Assembly (NCBI GenBank): GCA_038870415.1
Contig: JAWCPE010000001.1
Location: 6,806 to 70,805 of the forward strand
Source: Candidatus Bathyarchaeia archaeon
GTDB taxonomy: Archaea; Thermoproteota; CALKCG01; B24; JAWCPE01
Direction: 5' to 3'
Length of the DNA: 64,000 nucleotides
Below the pieces are notes generated by a model. The model was not told where the DNA came from. It did not search any database and was given only the letters and a program-made list of their open reading frames with translations. The translations under genes were made by a program, and so were the position numbers. Positions 1-8,755 of this stretch are shown here, piece by piece; position 1 is the first letter of the stretch; the number at the start of each line of letters is the position of its first letter.

Positions 1-93
1 GCTCTTGTCGCGGCGACGACGCTGTTCCTGGTGGGGGCCGGCTTCATGATCTACAGGATGTATCAGCGGACTAAGAACAAGACCTCAAGGTGA
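1..93 (+). CDS. 3' end of a membrane-anchored protein (partial at the window edge)
   Basis: Frame 1 reads ALVAATTLFLVGAGFMIYRMYQRTKNKTSR* (hydrophobic helix then a basic tail) and stops 4 nt before the ABC permease. Confidence 0.6.
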   Translation, partial: ALVAATTLFLVGAGFMIYRMYQRTKNKTSR

Positions 94-97
94 GCCT

Positions 98-1309
98 TTG
101 ATTAGGCCCCTTGACGTCCTACGTTTCGCCCTTAGCATACTATCTGAGAGGAAGATCAGGGCATTCCTGACCATAATTGGGATAGCTATAGGCCCCGCAT
201 CCATGGTGACTATCATAGGAACCACCGAAGGATACTCCCAGACAATCCTAGATCAGCTGGGCTCCCTTGGAGAGAACATGATCGTCGTCTTCCCGCAAAG
301 AGGGTACACGGTAAGCGATACAACGATCTCTACCGTGAAGACGATGGCTGGCGTAGAGCATGCTGTGGCCTTCTATTCTACGGAGGGTGCGTTTAGGCGA
401 GCTGACGGAACGGAGCTGAAGGTCTCCCTGTACGCGACGGATCTGAACGTGCTCTTCAACGCCATGACAAGTCTCGAGCTTGAGCATGGCACGCTCCCAC
501 TCAAGACTGCGACTACGTCCGGAGTATTGGGATACGAAGCCGCCCATACCACAGATGCGAAGCCACTCTACAAGGTAGGCGACGCCGTAACGGTCAAGAT
601 CTACGTCCTGAAAGGAGACAAGCTGGAATCCAAGTCTGTTTCGCTGAGGATATGCGGCCTACTTCAGAAGCATGGCAGCGCGCTCGTCGTCAACCCTGAC
701 CGAACCATCTTCCTCCCCTCAGCCGCCGGCAGAGGCCTACTAGGGCTAGCCCAGTATACGGGCATCTTCGTTCTCGCCGACGACCCCTCTCACGTAGACA
801 AGGTCGCCGCGGCGATCAAAGATAAGTACAAGGACCTTGTTCAAGTTATTGCTTTCCAACAGATAGCAAAGGCGATAAGCTCAGTCGTGAACATTCTGGA
901 GTTCTTGCTGTTTTCTCTCTCGATCTCTGCCTTCGCCGTCGCTGTGACGGGAACTATGGCTACGATGTTCACCTCAATCATCGAGAGAACGAGGGAGATC
1001 GGTGTGTTGAAGGCGCTCGGTTTCTCTAGCAGAAACATCACCGTGTTTATAATGACTGAGGGACTTATCATGAGCATCATAGGGGGGGCCTTCGGCGTAG
1101 TAGTAGGGACCGTCGGGGCGCACGTTCTCTCTTCTTCAGGGTCATTCTCGATGGGTGGGTTACTCTCCATCACCGCAGAGCCCGCGATAACGCTCCAACT
1201 GATCCTCAAATCCCTCGGAATGGCAGTCTCAGTCGGAACCCTAGGAGGACTGATACCGGCCTATAGGGCTTCAAAGGTACCGCCGATAGTCGCCCTAAGG
1301 TACGAGTAA
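98..1309 (+). CDS. ABC transporter permease, MacB/FtsX family
   Basis: N-terminal RAFLTIIGIAIG, large extracytoplasmic loop, ERTREIGVLKALG, C-terminal PAYRASKVPPIVALRYE. Confidence 0.93.
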   Translation: MIRPLDVLRFALSILSERKIRAFLTIIGIAIGPASMVTIIGTTEGYSQTILDQLGSLGENMIVVFPQRGYTVSDTTISTVKTMAGVEHAVAFYSTEGAFRRADGTELKVSLYATDLNVLFNAMTSLELEHGTLPLKTATTSGVLGYEAAHTTDAKPLYKVGDAVTVKIYVLKGDKLESKSVSLRICGLLQKHGSALVVNPDRTIFLPSAAGRGLLGLAQYTGIFVLADDPSHVDKVAAAIKDKYKDLVQVIAFQQIAKAISSVVNILEFLLFSLSISAFAVAVTGTMATMFTSIIERTREIGVLKALGFSSRNITVFIMTEGLIMSIIGGAFGVVVGTVGAHVLSSSGSFSMGGLLSITAEPAITLQLILKSLGMAVSVGTLGGLIPAYRASKVPPIVALRYE

Positions 1310-1339
1310 GTCGAGCGAGGGGAGACCGTCTTCAGCGTC

Positions 1340-1371
1340 GTGAACTCGTCCCCCATGGGGGATGAGTTCAC
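1340..1371. repeat. 32-bp near-perfect palindrome between convergent genes (possible bidirectional terminator)
   Basis: GTGAACTCGTCCCCCA|TGGGGGATGAGTTCAC with one G:T pair. Confidence 0.75.
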
Positions 1372-1564
1372 CCACACCCGAGAGCAATGCTTAACGGATA
1401 GTGTATTGCAAGCATCGCCTATCACAGCTCGACAGATACCCTCTCGGACGTACTCTACGGCGCCGACCTTAGATGCTCTTAACCGCTTAGTCCACCTTCT
1501 GATAGGGGGCCGAGAAGTGGGCGGTAAGCAGCTGATGTAGCTGAGCATCCGACGGCTTGCGAGT

Positions 1565-2293
1565 CTAGGCTCGGCTTAGAGTAGCCAGCTTGTCGAGGGC
1601 GGTAAGAGCCTCCGTAAGGTTCCTGACCTCGTAGTCGGGGCGTAAGCTTTCGTAGGGCATAAGGGCACCTCGTCTGTTCAGCCAGACCGTCTTTAAACCC
1701 ACGGCCTTAGCGGGCTTGATATCGGTTAAGGGCGCGTCGCCTACGGTGGCGGTCGAGGCTGGCTTGGAGCCCGTCAGTTCTAGGGCCTTGACGAAGTACT
1801 GGGGCTCAGTCTTGAGGACGCCGAGTTCCCGCTCGCCGAAGATATAGTCGAAATATCCGCCTGGAAAGGCCTGGTTTAGGGCAGCTCCCTTAGCCTGCGA
1901 ATCCTCGCCCGTAGCAAGGCAAACCTTGAAACGCCTCTGCCTCAACCCTACGAGGAATCCTTCGACATCCGGGAAGAAGAGCGGGCTCCTTAAGCATTCC
2001 TGCTCTGCTCTACGGAATCTCGCCTTAAGCTCTGAGATGAGGCTCTCATCTTTGGGTCTCCCGAAGTACTGTGCTACGAGTCTCCCGTGGAAGTCTAGGT
2101 CATCGTGCCTGTCGGGGTACTTGAAGTGCACGATCTCCCTGTGGATCCTGTTCACGTAGATGCCTAAGAACTCGTCGCCAGTCATGCCTAGGTAGCCTTC
2201 GAACGCCTCAGCGTACTTGGAGTCCGTGTCGTGAAGCGTATTGTCGTAATCCACGAAAACCGTGAAGACGGGTTTGAAGCCCGCGCGACTCAA
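1565..2293 (-). CDS. HAD-superfamily hydrolase
   Basis: Motif I DYDNTL, motif III K (KTEP), motif IV GDAPLTDI. Confidence 0.9.
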   Translation of the reverse strand: MSRAGFKPVFTVFVDYDNTLHDTDSKYAEAFEGYLGMTGDEFLGIYVNRIHREIVHFKYPDRHDDLDFHGRLVAQYFGRPKDESLISELKARFRRAEQECLRSPLFFPDVEGFLVGLRQRRFKVCLATGEDSQAKGAALNQAFPGGYFDYIFGERELGVLKTEPQYFVKALELTGSKPASTATVGDAPLTDIKPAKAVGLKTVWLNRRGALMPYESLRPDYEVRNLTEALTALDKLATLSRA

Positions 2294-2670
2294 GTCGTCT
2301 CCAGCCTTGCCTTGGCCGACAGGGCCTCTTAACGCTTTCCTCGACCAATCGAGTTACCATCCGTGAAAGGTGTTGAGCTTCAGCCCAGCCTCTCCATGGC
2401 GTGTAGGCTTGGCTTAGGCTGAAGCTGCCCGCTCCAGCCTTCTAAGCCTTTCCCGCTTCAGCTCCGCTCCTTTAACCTACTTAAGGGATTTCAGTGTGGC
2501 CTTGCTCATGCATGATGCGGCTTGCCGGGCTCATCATACGTGAGAGGGCCCTCCCTCCGGCTGATGCTCCACTGGGCGTATCCCTACTACCGTTGCAGCG
2601 GCTTGGATGCCTCTCTGAGGCGTTAGGGCCCTAGTAGGTGGATAAAGAAGCCTACCCATAGGAGGGAATA

Positions 2671-2699
2671 GCTTAAAAGTCAACATGTATAACTGTTGA
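2671..2699 (+). promoter_or_regulatory. TATA-like box plus inverted-repeat operator upstream of the HTH gene
   Basis: GCTTAAAA followed by TCAACA-N8-TGTTGA (2680-2699), which contains ATGTATAACTGT. Confidence 0.6.
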
Positions 2700-2724
2700 T
2701 TTGAAAAGGCGCACGGTCCAAGCC

Positions 2725-3048
2725 ATGAGCCAGAGCTTCGACATCATCGAGAAGCTAAAGGAGCTTGAGAGGCGAGTAGAAGTCCTAGAGCGGACCCTAG
2801 GCAGGCCTCAAGAGAAGGCCGGCCCCGGCATGAGCGTGCAGGAGCTTCTCAACCTGCCCGACAGCCTCCGGAGGACGATGCTCGCCGTGAACGAGCTGAA
2901 GGAGGCGACGGCCGAAGAGGTCGCCGGTAAGTCTAACAGAACGAGGAGCGTCGAGACGATCTACCTTAACCAGCTCGTCAGAATGGGCTACTTGACAAGG
3001 ACCAAGAAGAAGAGAAAGGTCTACTTTAAGCCTCTTAGATACTACTAG
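2725..3048 (+). CDS. Winged-helix transcriptional regulator with N-terminal coiled coil
   Basis: Coiled coil IIEKLKELERRVEVLE, then a wHTH pattern ATAEEVAGKSNRTRSVETIYLNQLVRMGYL..KKKRKVYF. Confidence 0.8.
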   Translation: MSQSFDIIEKLKELERRVEVLERTLGRPQEKAGPGMSVQELLNLPDSLRRTMLAVNELKEATAEEVAGKSNRTRSVETIYLNQLVRMGYLTRTKKKRKVYFKPLRYY

Positions 3049-3142
3049 CCCTCCAGAAGTACACACCAATCGTGAGGAAGACTTAAGTCCATACCCGCCG
3101 CTTAGCGATGAGGCTGTGAAGAGGCTGAAGAGGGGGATGAGG

Positions 3143-3757
3143 ATGAAGCCCTCTACAGGTCTTGCAGTCTTATGCCTCCTGCTCATCGTTTCAACGCCGA
3201 TGCTGGCATCCGCCGCTAAGCCTTCGACGAAGAGGCTCTGGGCCGAGGGCTACAGCGCCTTGGCGATCCTCATGACGCAGGAGGAGGAGTGGAAGGCGGT
3301 CGAGGGAATCCACGTCAAAGAGTCGCTTGTAGGCCCCTTCGACCTGATCGTCGTTTACAACATGACTTCAATGGACCCTGCCTCAGCCGTTCCGTGGAAG
3401 ATTTTCGTAGATAGTCCCTATGCGCTTCCTCTCCTCGTCCTAGTCTTCAACGACTCAAGGATCACGGTTGTAGGCTCGATCACCGTGAGTAAAGTCGGGT
3501 TGCACGCGAGGGTTGAGATGGGATACACCAGCCTGGTCATCGACGCTCTCACGCCGGTGAGGCCTCAGATACTCTCGTTTCACTTCCCAGGCGAGACTGG
3601 CCGGTACGCTCTGGACGTGAGGGGGATGCACTTCCCGGCCGTAGCGTCCGTACAGCTTGGTCAGGGCCTGGTCTCTGAGGGGCAGGACATCGTGATGGTG
3701 GCTTGGCTGACAGGGTTCCTAGTTCAGGAGGCCAGGATCGAGCTCAACCAGTTATAG
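3143..3757 (+). CDS. Secreted beta-rich hypothetical protein, paralog 1
   Basis: Signal peptide MKPSTGLAVLCLLLIVSTPMLASA, upstream GAGGGGG RBS, colinear similarity to 3956..4618. Start could be 3137. Confidence 0.75.
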   Translation: MKPSTGLAVLCLLLIVSTPMLASAAKPSTKRLWAEGYSALAILMTQEEEWKAVEGIHVKESLVGPFDLIVVYNMTSMDPASAVPWKIFVDSPYALPLLVLVFNDSRITVVGSITVSKVGLHARVEMGYTSLVIDALTPVRPQILSFHFPGETGRYALDVRGMHFPAVASVQLGQGLVSEGQDIVMVAWLTGFLVQEARIELNQL

Positions 3758-3887
3758 CTGTTCCTTGTGAGGCGGCTCCGGAGTGTGTGAGAGCGCGTTT
3801 GTCAAGCGTTCGATCTGGGTTTCTGTCCCAGAGGGGGCGTGAGATGATCTTCTCTTGTGGCTCTGCGAGTCTCCCTGGGGGCGTAAG

Positions 3888-3905
3888 GCTTAAATGTTTA
3901 AGTGT
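3888..3905 (+). promoter_or_regulatory. Promoter with shared motif
   Basis: GCTTAAATGTTTAAGTGT, 17/18 identical to 5639-5656. Confidence 0.65.
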
Positions 3906-3955
3906 TTAAATAATAGACGGGTCTTCGGGGGCGTAGGGGGATCAGCAGGACTGTA

Positions 3956-4618
3956 ATGATGGTTATAGTCGTAGCTGCACTCGTCCTTTCAGCTCTGACC
4001 ATCAACCCTGTAGAGATACCCGCAGCCAACTGCGATGTGGTCGTCCGCGCCGCAGGCGCCCTCTTCGTCGCCTCAAACGGACCCAGTAGAGGAACTATCT
4101 TCGCGATCGAGGGAATTTACGTGGAGAAGTCGAAGTTTTTCGATTCGTTCAGCCAGGTTGTCGTCTACGAGTGGAGAGACGCGGACAACGATGGTGCGGC
4201 TTCGGAGATGGAGTTCATCCCGGTTCAAGTATTCGTGGACAACTCTCAAGCAGCCTTCCTCTTAAGGTTGGTCTTCCCGGGCATCGTCCAAGTCGTTCCG
4301 TCGGGCAGCATCCAGGTCGGTGTAGTCGAGGCTGAGAGAACTATACGGCTAAGGTACGGAGGCTCGCTGGTTGACCTTCAAGTGCGGTCTTTAGAGGGAG
4401 GCGCCTCCCCCCTTAGGGTACAATTCGTCAACAGCGTGACGGGCTGGTCCTTCAAGGCGCAAGGAGCAGAACACCCAGCGACGGCAACCGGCTACGCGTA
4501 TCTCCCTGGTCTATTGCTGGGCGAGAGCCCCGTTGAACCTGGCAGCATCGAAGGCTTCAGCGGCTCCGGCTTCCTCGTCCCGCAGGCCGTCATCAGGTTC
4601 GACAACGCCGGCGCCTGA
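3956..4618 (+). CDS. Secreted beta-rich hypothetical protein, paralog 2
   Basis: Hydrophobic N-terminal signal, a DADNDG Ca-binding-like loop, and motifs shared with 3143..3757. Confidence 0.75.
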   Translation: MMVIVVAALVLSALTINPVEIPAANCDVVVRAAGALFVASNGPSRGTIFAIEGIYVEKSKFFDSFSQVVVYEWRDADNDGAASEMEFIPVQVFVDNSQAAFLLRLVFPGIVQVVPSGSIQVGVVEAERTIRLRYGGSLVDLQVRSLEGGASPLRVQFVNSVTGWSFKAQGAEHPATATGYAYLPGLLLGESPVEPGSIEGFSGSGFLVPQAVIRFDNAGA

Positions 4619-4771
4619 TCCCTTAGCAACCTGACGCGGCAGTAGAATAGGGGACGCCAACCCAGCTTTTATGCGAGGCCCCTAGAACGTCAATGCTAGA
4701 AGAGTCTACTTGGCGGCATCCTTCGGCGGTCTCGTATTCCCGCCCTGCGATGGTCGTGTTCACGGTCCGGC

Positions 4772-5554
4772 TCAGAGCGCTGTCAGTGGTAGGTTGTGGA
4801 TGACTATTCCGTTACGCGTGATCTCCATAGGGCAGTATTCTTCGTAGATCTTTGTCGCCCTCATCTTCACGATCCTTATGAAGCGGGAGACGCCGCCCTC
4901 CTCGCCCCTCTTCCTGAACTCTATCACGCCGTCTGCTAGCTGCTGGCAGGCGTTCTCTATCTGCTCACCGTGTATGCCCGTGTGGATTGTGGCTATCCCG
5001 ATCGCTTTGGAGATCCTGCAGGCGTAAGCGCTGGATTGAAGGAATCGGAGCACGTTCTTCGCCTCAAGCGCCTGGAAGAGCGGGGTGACGGAGTCGAAGA
5101 TCATGAGGAGGTCTCTGCCCCTGATGCCCGTGAAGAAGTACTCTTTTCCTTGAAGGATCATCTCGCGCAGGTTGAAAGGGATCTCCACCATCCTGTCAGG
5201 TGAGACGGCTAGCTCCTCAACCTTCCAGGACTTCGTCTTCTCCAGGACGAGTTCCATCCCCTGCGAATATACATCCACGAACTTGAGCGCACCCCTCTCC
5301 TCGTAGGGTGTCACGTCCCAGCTGAACCTCTCCATGTTCATCCTGACGTCTTCAGCGGGCTCGTCGACCGCGTAGTATAGGACGTTGAAGCCGCGCTGGA
5401 GGAGGTTCCACGCGACTTGGTTGCAGAAGATGGACTTGCCGCTGCCGACGTTCCCCATGAGGCCTATCGAGGAAGGCCGGGGGAAACCGCCCTCTATGAG
5501 CGCGTCAAGAGCCTCGATCCCGGTGGGAACCCTCTTCACGCTGTCCAGAATCAA
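4772..5554 (-). CDS. KaiC/RAD55-like RecA-superfamily ATPase, single domain
   Basis: VPTGIEALDALIEGGFP, Walker A GNVGSGKS, Walker B MIFDS, ADGVIEF, IRIVKMR. Confidence 0.92.
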   Translation of the reverse strand: MILDSVKRVPTGIEALDALIEGGFPRPSSIGLMGNVGSGKSIFCNQVAWNLLQRGFNVLYYAVDEPAEDVRMNMERFSWDVTPYEERGALKFVDVYSQGMELVLEKTKSWKVEELAVSPDRMVEIPFNLREMILQGKEYFFTGIRGRDLLMIFDSVTPLFQALEAKNVLRFLQSSAYACRISKAIGIATIHTGIHGEQIENACQQLADGVIEFRKRGEEGGVSRFIRIVKMRATKIYEEYCPMEITRNGIVIHNLPLTAL

Positions 5555-5586
5555 GCCCCGCCCCTGCCAAGCCTATCTATATTTTA

Positions 5587-5656
5587 ACTTTTAAACTCTT
5601 AAGCCTATCGCCTCCTTAGGCGTCGCGGTGAGGTAAAAGCTTAAATGTTTAACTGT
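5587..5656. promoter_or_regulatory. Divergent promoters of the KaiC-like and UbiA genes
   Basis: Minus-strand GCTTAAGAGTTTAA (5591-5604) and plus-strand GCTTAAATGTTTAACTGT (5639-5656). Confidence 0.6.
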
Positions 5657-5683
5657 CAATGCCAAGAGGGGGCGGCTTAGGGG

Positions 5684-6649
5684 ATGCCGATGGGCAGCAG
5701 CCCGGGGACATCGATGAGAACGATCATAGCTTTACTCTCGCTGCTCCGGCCGCGCACCTGGGTCTTCGCCGCCTCCACGTTCCTCTTCGCTTACCTGATG
5801 GCAGGCGAAGTCGTCCTGTGGCAGGCTCTTCTAGGCACGCTCATCTGCAGCCTCACGACGGCCGCAACGAACATCCTCAACACGTACACTGACCGCGAAG
5901 AGGATTCGGTCAACCAACCGATCCGAGCACTTCAGCTGAGCCAGGTAGGGCTTAGGAATGTTGCTTGGATCACGGTTGGGCTCTATCTGTCGGTCATACT
6001 CCTCTCCTTGCTGTTAGGCCCTCTATTCTTCGCGCTGAGCCTCGTGGCAGTTGTTGACTCGCTGCTTTACTCATTACCGCCCTTCCGGTTGAAGAGACAT
6101 TGGCTTACAGGGATGCTCTCCTTCACAGGCGTAGTCTCTTTCTCGTTCCTCGCAGGCTGGACTCTTGCTCAGCCCATGGCAGCCGTGCCGCCAATCTTCT
6201 TCCTCGCCTCATACTTCTTCTTCACCTACTTCTCGCTTAAGAACATCCCCGACCGCTTAGGAGATTTAAGGTTCGGCGTCAGAACACTGATGACACTGCA
6301 TCGAGGGTATAGAAAGGGAGTTCAGACCAGCTTTGCTGTCTTAGCCTCGCCGTACGCATTGCTCGCCGCCCTTGTCTTGCTCGGCTGGCTCAACACAACC
6401 TACCTAATATGCTTCTCGCTCCTGCCAGTCCTTCTATACGTCGGCTTTGCAACAGCCGCTGCGAAGAGTACGGCCCAAGCGGAGAAGCTCCACACGTACG
6501 GTTTCCTCTACGGAGTAAGCTTCCTGCTGCTTCTCTACTTCCTAGCCGTGCCCGGCATCCTGTCGCTGACCCTGATCGCGTCGGTCTACGCGTTCCTCTT
6601 TCTCGTGATGAAGGTCATCGTCTTGGACTCAAGGCGAAGCGGCTGTTAA
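5684..6649 (+). CDS. UbiA-family prenyltransferase
   Basis: LLRPRTW, first Asp-rich motif NTYTDREED..N.P.R, YSLPPFRLK, second motif NIPDRLGD...G.RT, multiple TM helices. Confidence 0.88.
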   Translation: MPMGSSPGTSMRTIIALLSLLRPRTWVFAASTFLFAYLMAGEVVLWQALLGTLICSLTTAATNILNTYTDREEDSVNQPIRALQLSQVGLRNVAWITVGLYLSVILLSLLLGPLFFALSLVAVVDSLLYSLPPFRLKRHWLTGMLSFTGVVSFSFLAGWTLAQPMAAVPPIFFLASYFFFTYFSLKNIPDRLGDLRFGVRTLMTLHRGYRKGVQTSFAVLASPYALLAALVLLGWLNTTYLICFSLLPVLLYVGFATAAAKSTAQAEKLHTYGFLYGVSFLLLLYFLAVPGILSLTLIASVYAFLFLVMKVIVLDSRRSGC

Positions 6650-6976
6650 GCCCCCTGTGGCATAAGTACGTTGATCCAACCGGTGTCCTACGCCTCTTAC
6701 ACGTATCAGGGAGGGCTTTCAATCAGAGCCTTTAGAGCTAGGTTTCCGTTGAATCAGGGCCTCCCACACGCTCCTTTGACGGCATGAAACCACACTAAAC
6801 CATGGTGGAAGGCGCTGTCGACCCGCGTATCCCAGCCTAGCTGGGAAGGTTTCTCTCATCGACATCATGCTTATGTGCAGAACGGGCCGAGGCGAGATTG
6901 CCGGCTTTACTTGCCTTGTGTGAGTGTGAGCTCGGCTCCGAAGCCTATAACTGGACCTAAGACGAGAGTGGAAGCC

Positions 6977-7789
6977 ATGGACCTCCTGCCGGTCATGAGG
7001 GGCGCCGTCAGACATGCAGCTGCGGAGGCTCTCGCGCTATTGGGATCGCCGGCTGCAAGGCGTGTTATCGGAAGGGGATCAGGCGGCGACCTCACTCAGG
7101 GCATCGACGATGCTGTTGAGACCTCGATCACTCGTTTCCTTGAGGCCGAGATCGGGGACTGCGCCATCGTTAGCGAGGAGCGGGGCTGGATCACCGTAGG
7201 CAGAGGCGGCCCACCATTCTTCATCCTAGACCCTCTAGACGGCACGACGAACGCGCTTAGAGGCTACCCATGCTTTTCCATATCTCTCGCCGCGAGCATG
7301 GGGCTGCGCCTCAGGGAGATAACCGCTGGCGTAGTCTTAGACGTTGCTCACGATAACCTGTACTGGGCTCGGAGAGGAGGCGGCGCCTTCCTGAACGGCG
7401 TCAAGGTGAAGCCGTCACAGACGGAGACGGTTGAGGACGCCTTGATAGCGATAGACCTGAACCTGCGCAGAGCTCTGCCCTCCTACCTCGCGAAGGTCAG
7501 CCCCATCATAGATCGCGCTGAGCATGTTAGGTTCCTCGGCACAGACGCTCTGGAAACCTGCTTCGTAGCCTCAGGAGCCTGCGACGCCTTCGTCGACCTA
7601 AGGGGCACGCTGAGGTTGACTGACCTCGCAGCTGCGACATTCATCGTCCAGGAGGCCGGGGGCACGGTTGTCGATGCGAGAGGCGCCCAACTGGATATGG
7701 CGGTCGCGCCTGAGAGCCGAGGCTCCTTCATCGCCGCGTGCACCAAGGGGCTCTGCGACCGGCTTCTTGAACTTACGCGACGAAGCTAA
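6977..7789 (+). CDS. Inositol monophosphatase / FBPase class IV
   Basis: SEE, LDPLDGTTN, DLAAATFIVQEAGG. Start chosen at ATG 6977. Confidence 0.92.
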   Translation: MDLLPVMRGAVRHAAAEALALLGSPAARRVIGRGSGGDLTQGIDDAVETSITRFLEAEIGDCAIVSEERGWITVGRGGPPFFILDPLDGTTNALRGYPCFSISLAASMGLRLREITAGVVLDVAHDNLYWARRGGGAFLNGVKVKPSQTETVEDALIAIDLNLRRALPSYLAKVSPIIDRAEHVRFLGTDALETCFVASGACDAFVDLRGTLRLTDLAAATFIVQEAGGTVVDARGAQLDMAVAPESRGSFIAACTKGLCDRLLELTRRS

Positions 7790-7832
7790 GCTCTGTCGGT
7801 TCGACTTCCCTCTTCTAGGCCTGGGCTTCCAG

Positions 7833-8738
7833 TTAGACGAAGTTACTCCAGTACCCTGCCGACTCTCTCAGCTCCTCGAGGACCTGCTGCTCCGGCGCCT
7901 CGAAGGCGTGGATGATCTCAAGCATAAGGTAGACTTCCTTGGCACCGGAGGCTTCTATGGCCTCGATCATCTTCTCAGGCTTTATCACGCCGACATCGTT
8001 GTACTTCTTCGTGAACGGCCAGTGACGGTCTCCCCTCCCATCTGTCTGTTGTACATGGATGACCGGGGACTCAGCTGCCAACTCCCTAAGCCAAGCGTAC
8101 GTGTCTAGGTCGCGTCCCTCAACGCCTGCGGCGCACTGGTGACCCGTGTCGATGGCGAGTCTTACAGGAACGCCTTTGCCAACGTTGACCCTTGCGAGGA
8201 GCCGCTTGGCATCCGATATAGTGGAGGGCGGCTCCCGGAGCAGAGGCATAGGCTCCCACAGGAGCATCTCAAGGCCCATAGTGGCGGCGCGAGAAGAGAG
8301 GAATCCCAGGCTCTCCACGACGGCGTCTTCCATCAGGAGTCGTCTCCGCTCATCTTTGTAGTCCGGGTAGCTTTGAGCGGCGAGGTGCCCACCAGTGGCC
8401 TTCGCCTTAAGATTTGCTGTGAGACCTATGGCTTCAGTGAACCAGTCTATGGCGTCGATCCTCATCGCTGCGTTCGGATGAGATAGGAGGTTGAACGAGT
8501 AGGCTGCTAACCCCGTGAAGGTGGAGTGGATGGTGAGGCCATGATCCTTCACGGCGTCTAGGGTCTCGGAGACCATCCATGACCGCGCGGGCTGGGAGGT
8601 TCTAGGGTCGAGCAGGTCGAAGGAGAACTGGACCAGCTTCAGCTCGAGCTCGTGAGCGCATATCTCAGCCCAGTCGCCTGCGAGAGGCCACCTCTTCACC
8701 GCGAAGCAGTTGTTTACCCCCAGGTGGAAATCCGTCAA
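7833..8738 (-). CDS. Xylose-isomerase-like TIM-barrel sugar-phosphate epimerase (EryC-like)
   Basis: Metal ligands WEPM, DTGH, IHVQQTD, LEI. The HWPFT..YN..G.I.PEK segment resembles D-erythrulose-1-P 3-epimerase. Confidence 0.75.
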   Translation of the reverse strand: MTDFHLGVNNCFAVKRWPLAGDWAEICAHELELKLVQFSFDLLDPRTSQPARSWMVSETLDAVKDHGLTIHSTFTGLAAYSFNLLSHPNAAMRIDAIDWFTEAIGLTANLKAKATGGHLAAQSYPDYKDERRRLLMEDAVVESLGFLSSRAATMGLEMLLWEPMPLLREPPSTISDAKRLLARVNVGKGVPVRLAIDTGHQCAAGVEGRDLDTYAWLRELAAESPVIHVQQTDGRGDRHWPFTKKYNDVGVIKPEKMIEAIEASGAKEVYLMLEIIHAFEAPEQQVLEELRESAGYWSNFV

Positions 8739-8755
8739 GTCAACTCGCTCCTATC

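Noticed and set aside
2376..2426. AGCTTCAGCC/GGCTGAAGCT inverted repeat
   Set aside because: A single GC-rich stem with no second copy seen; function cannot be supported.
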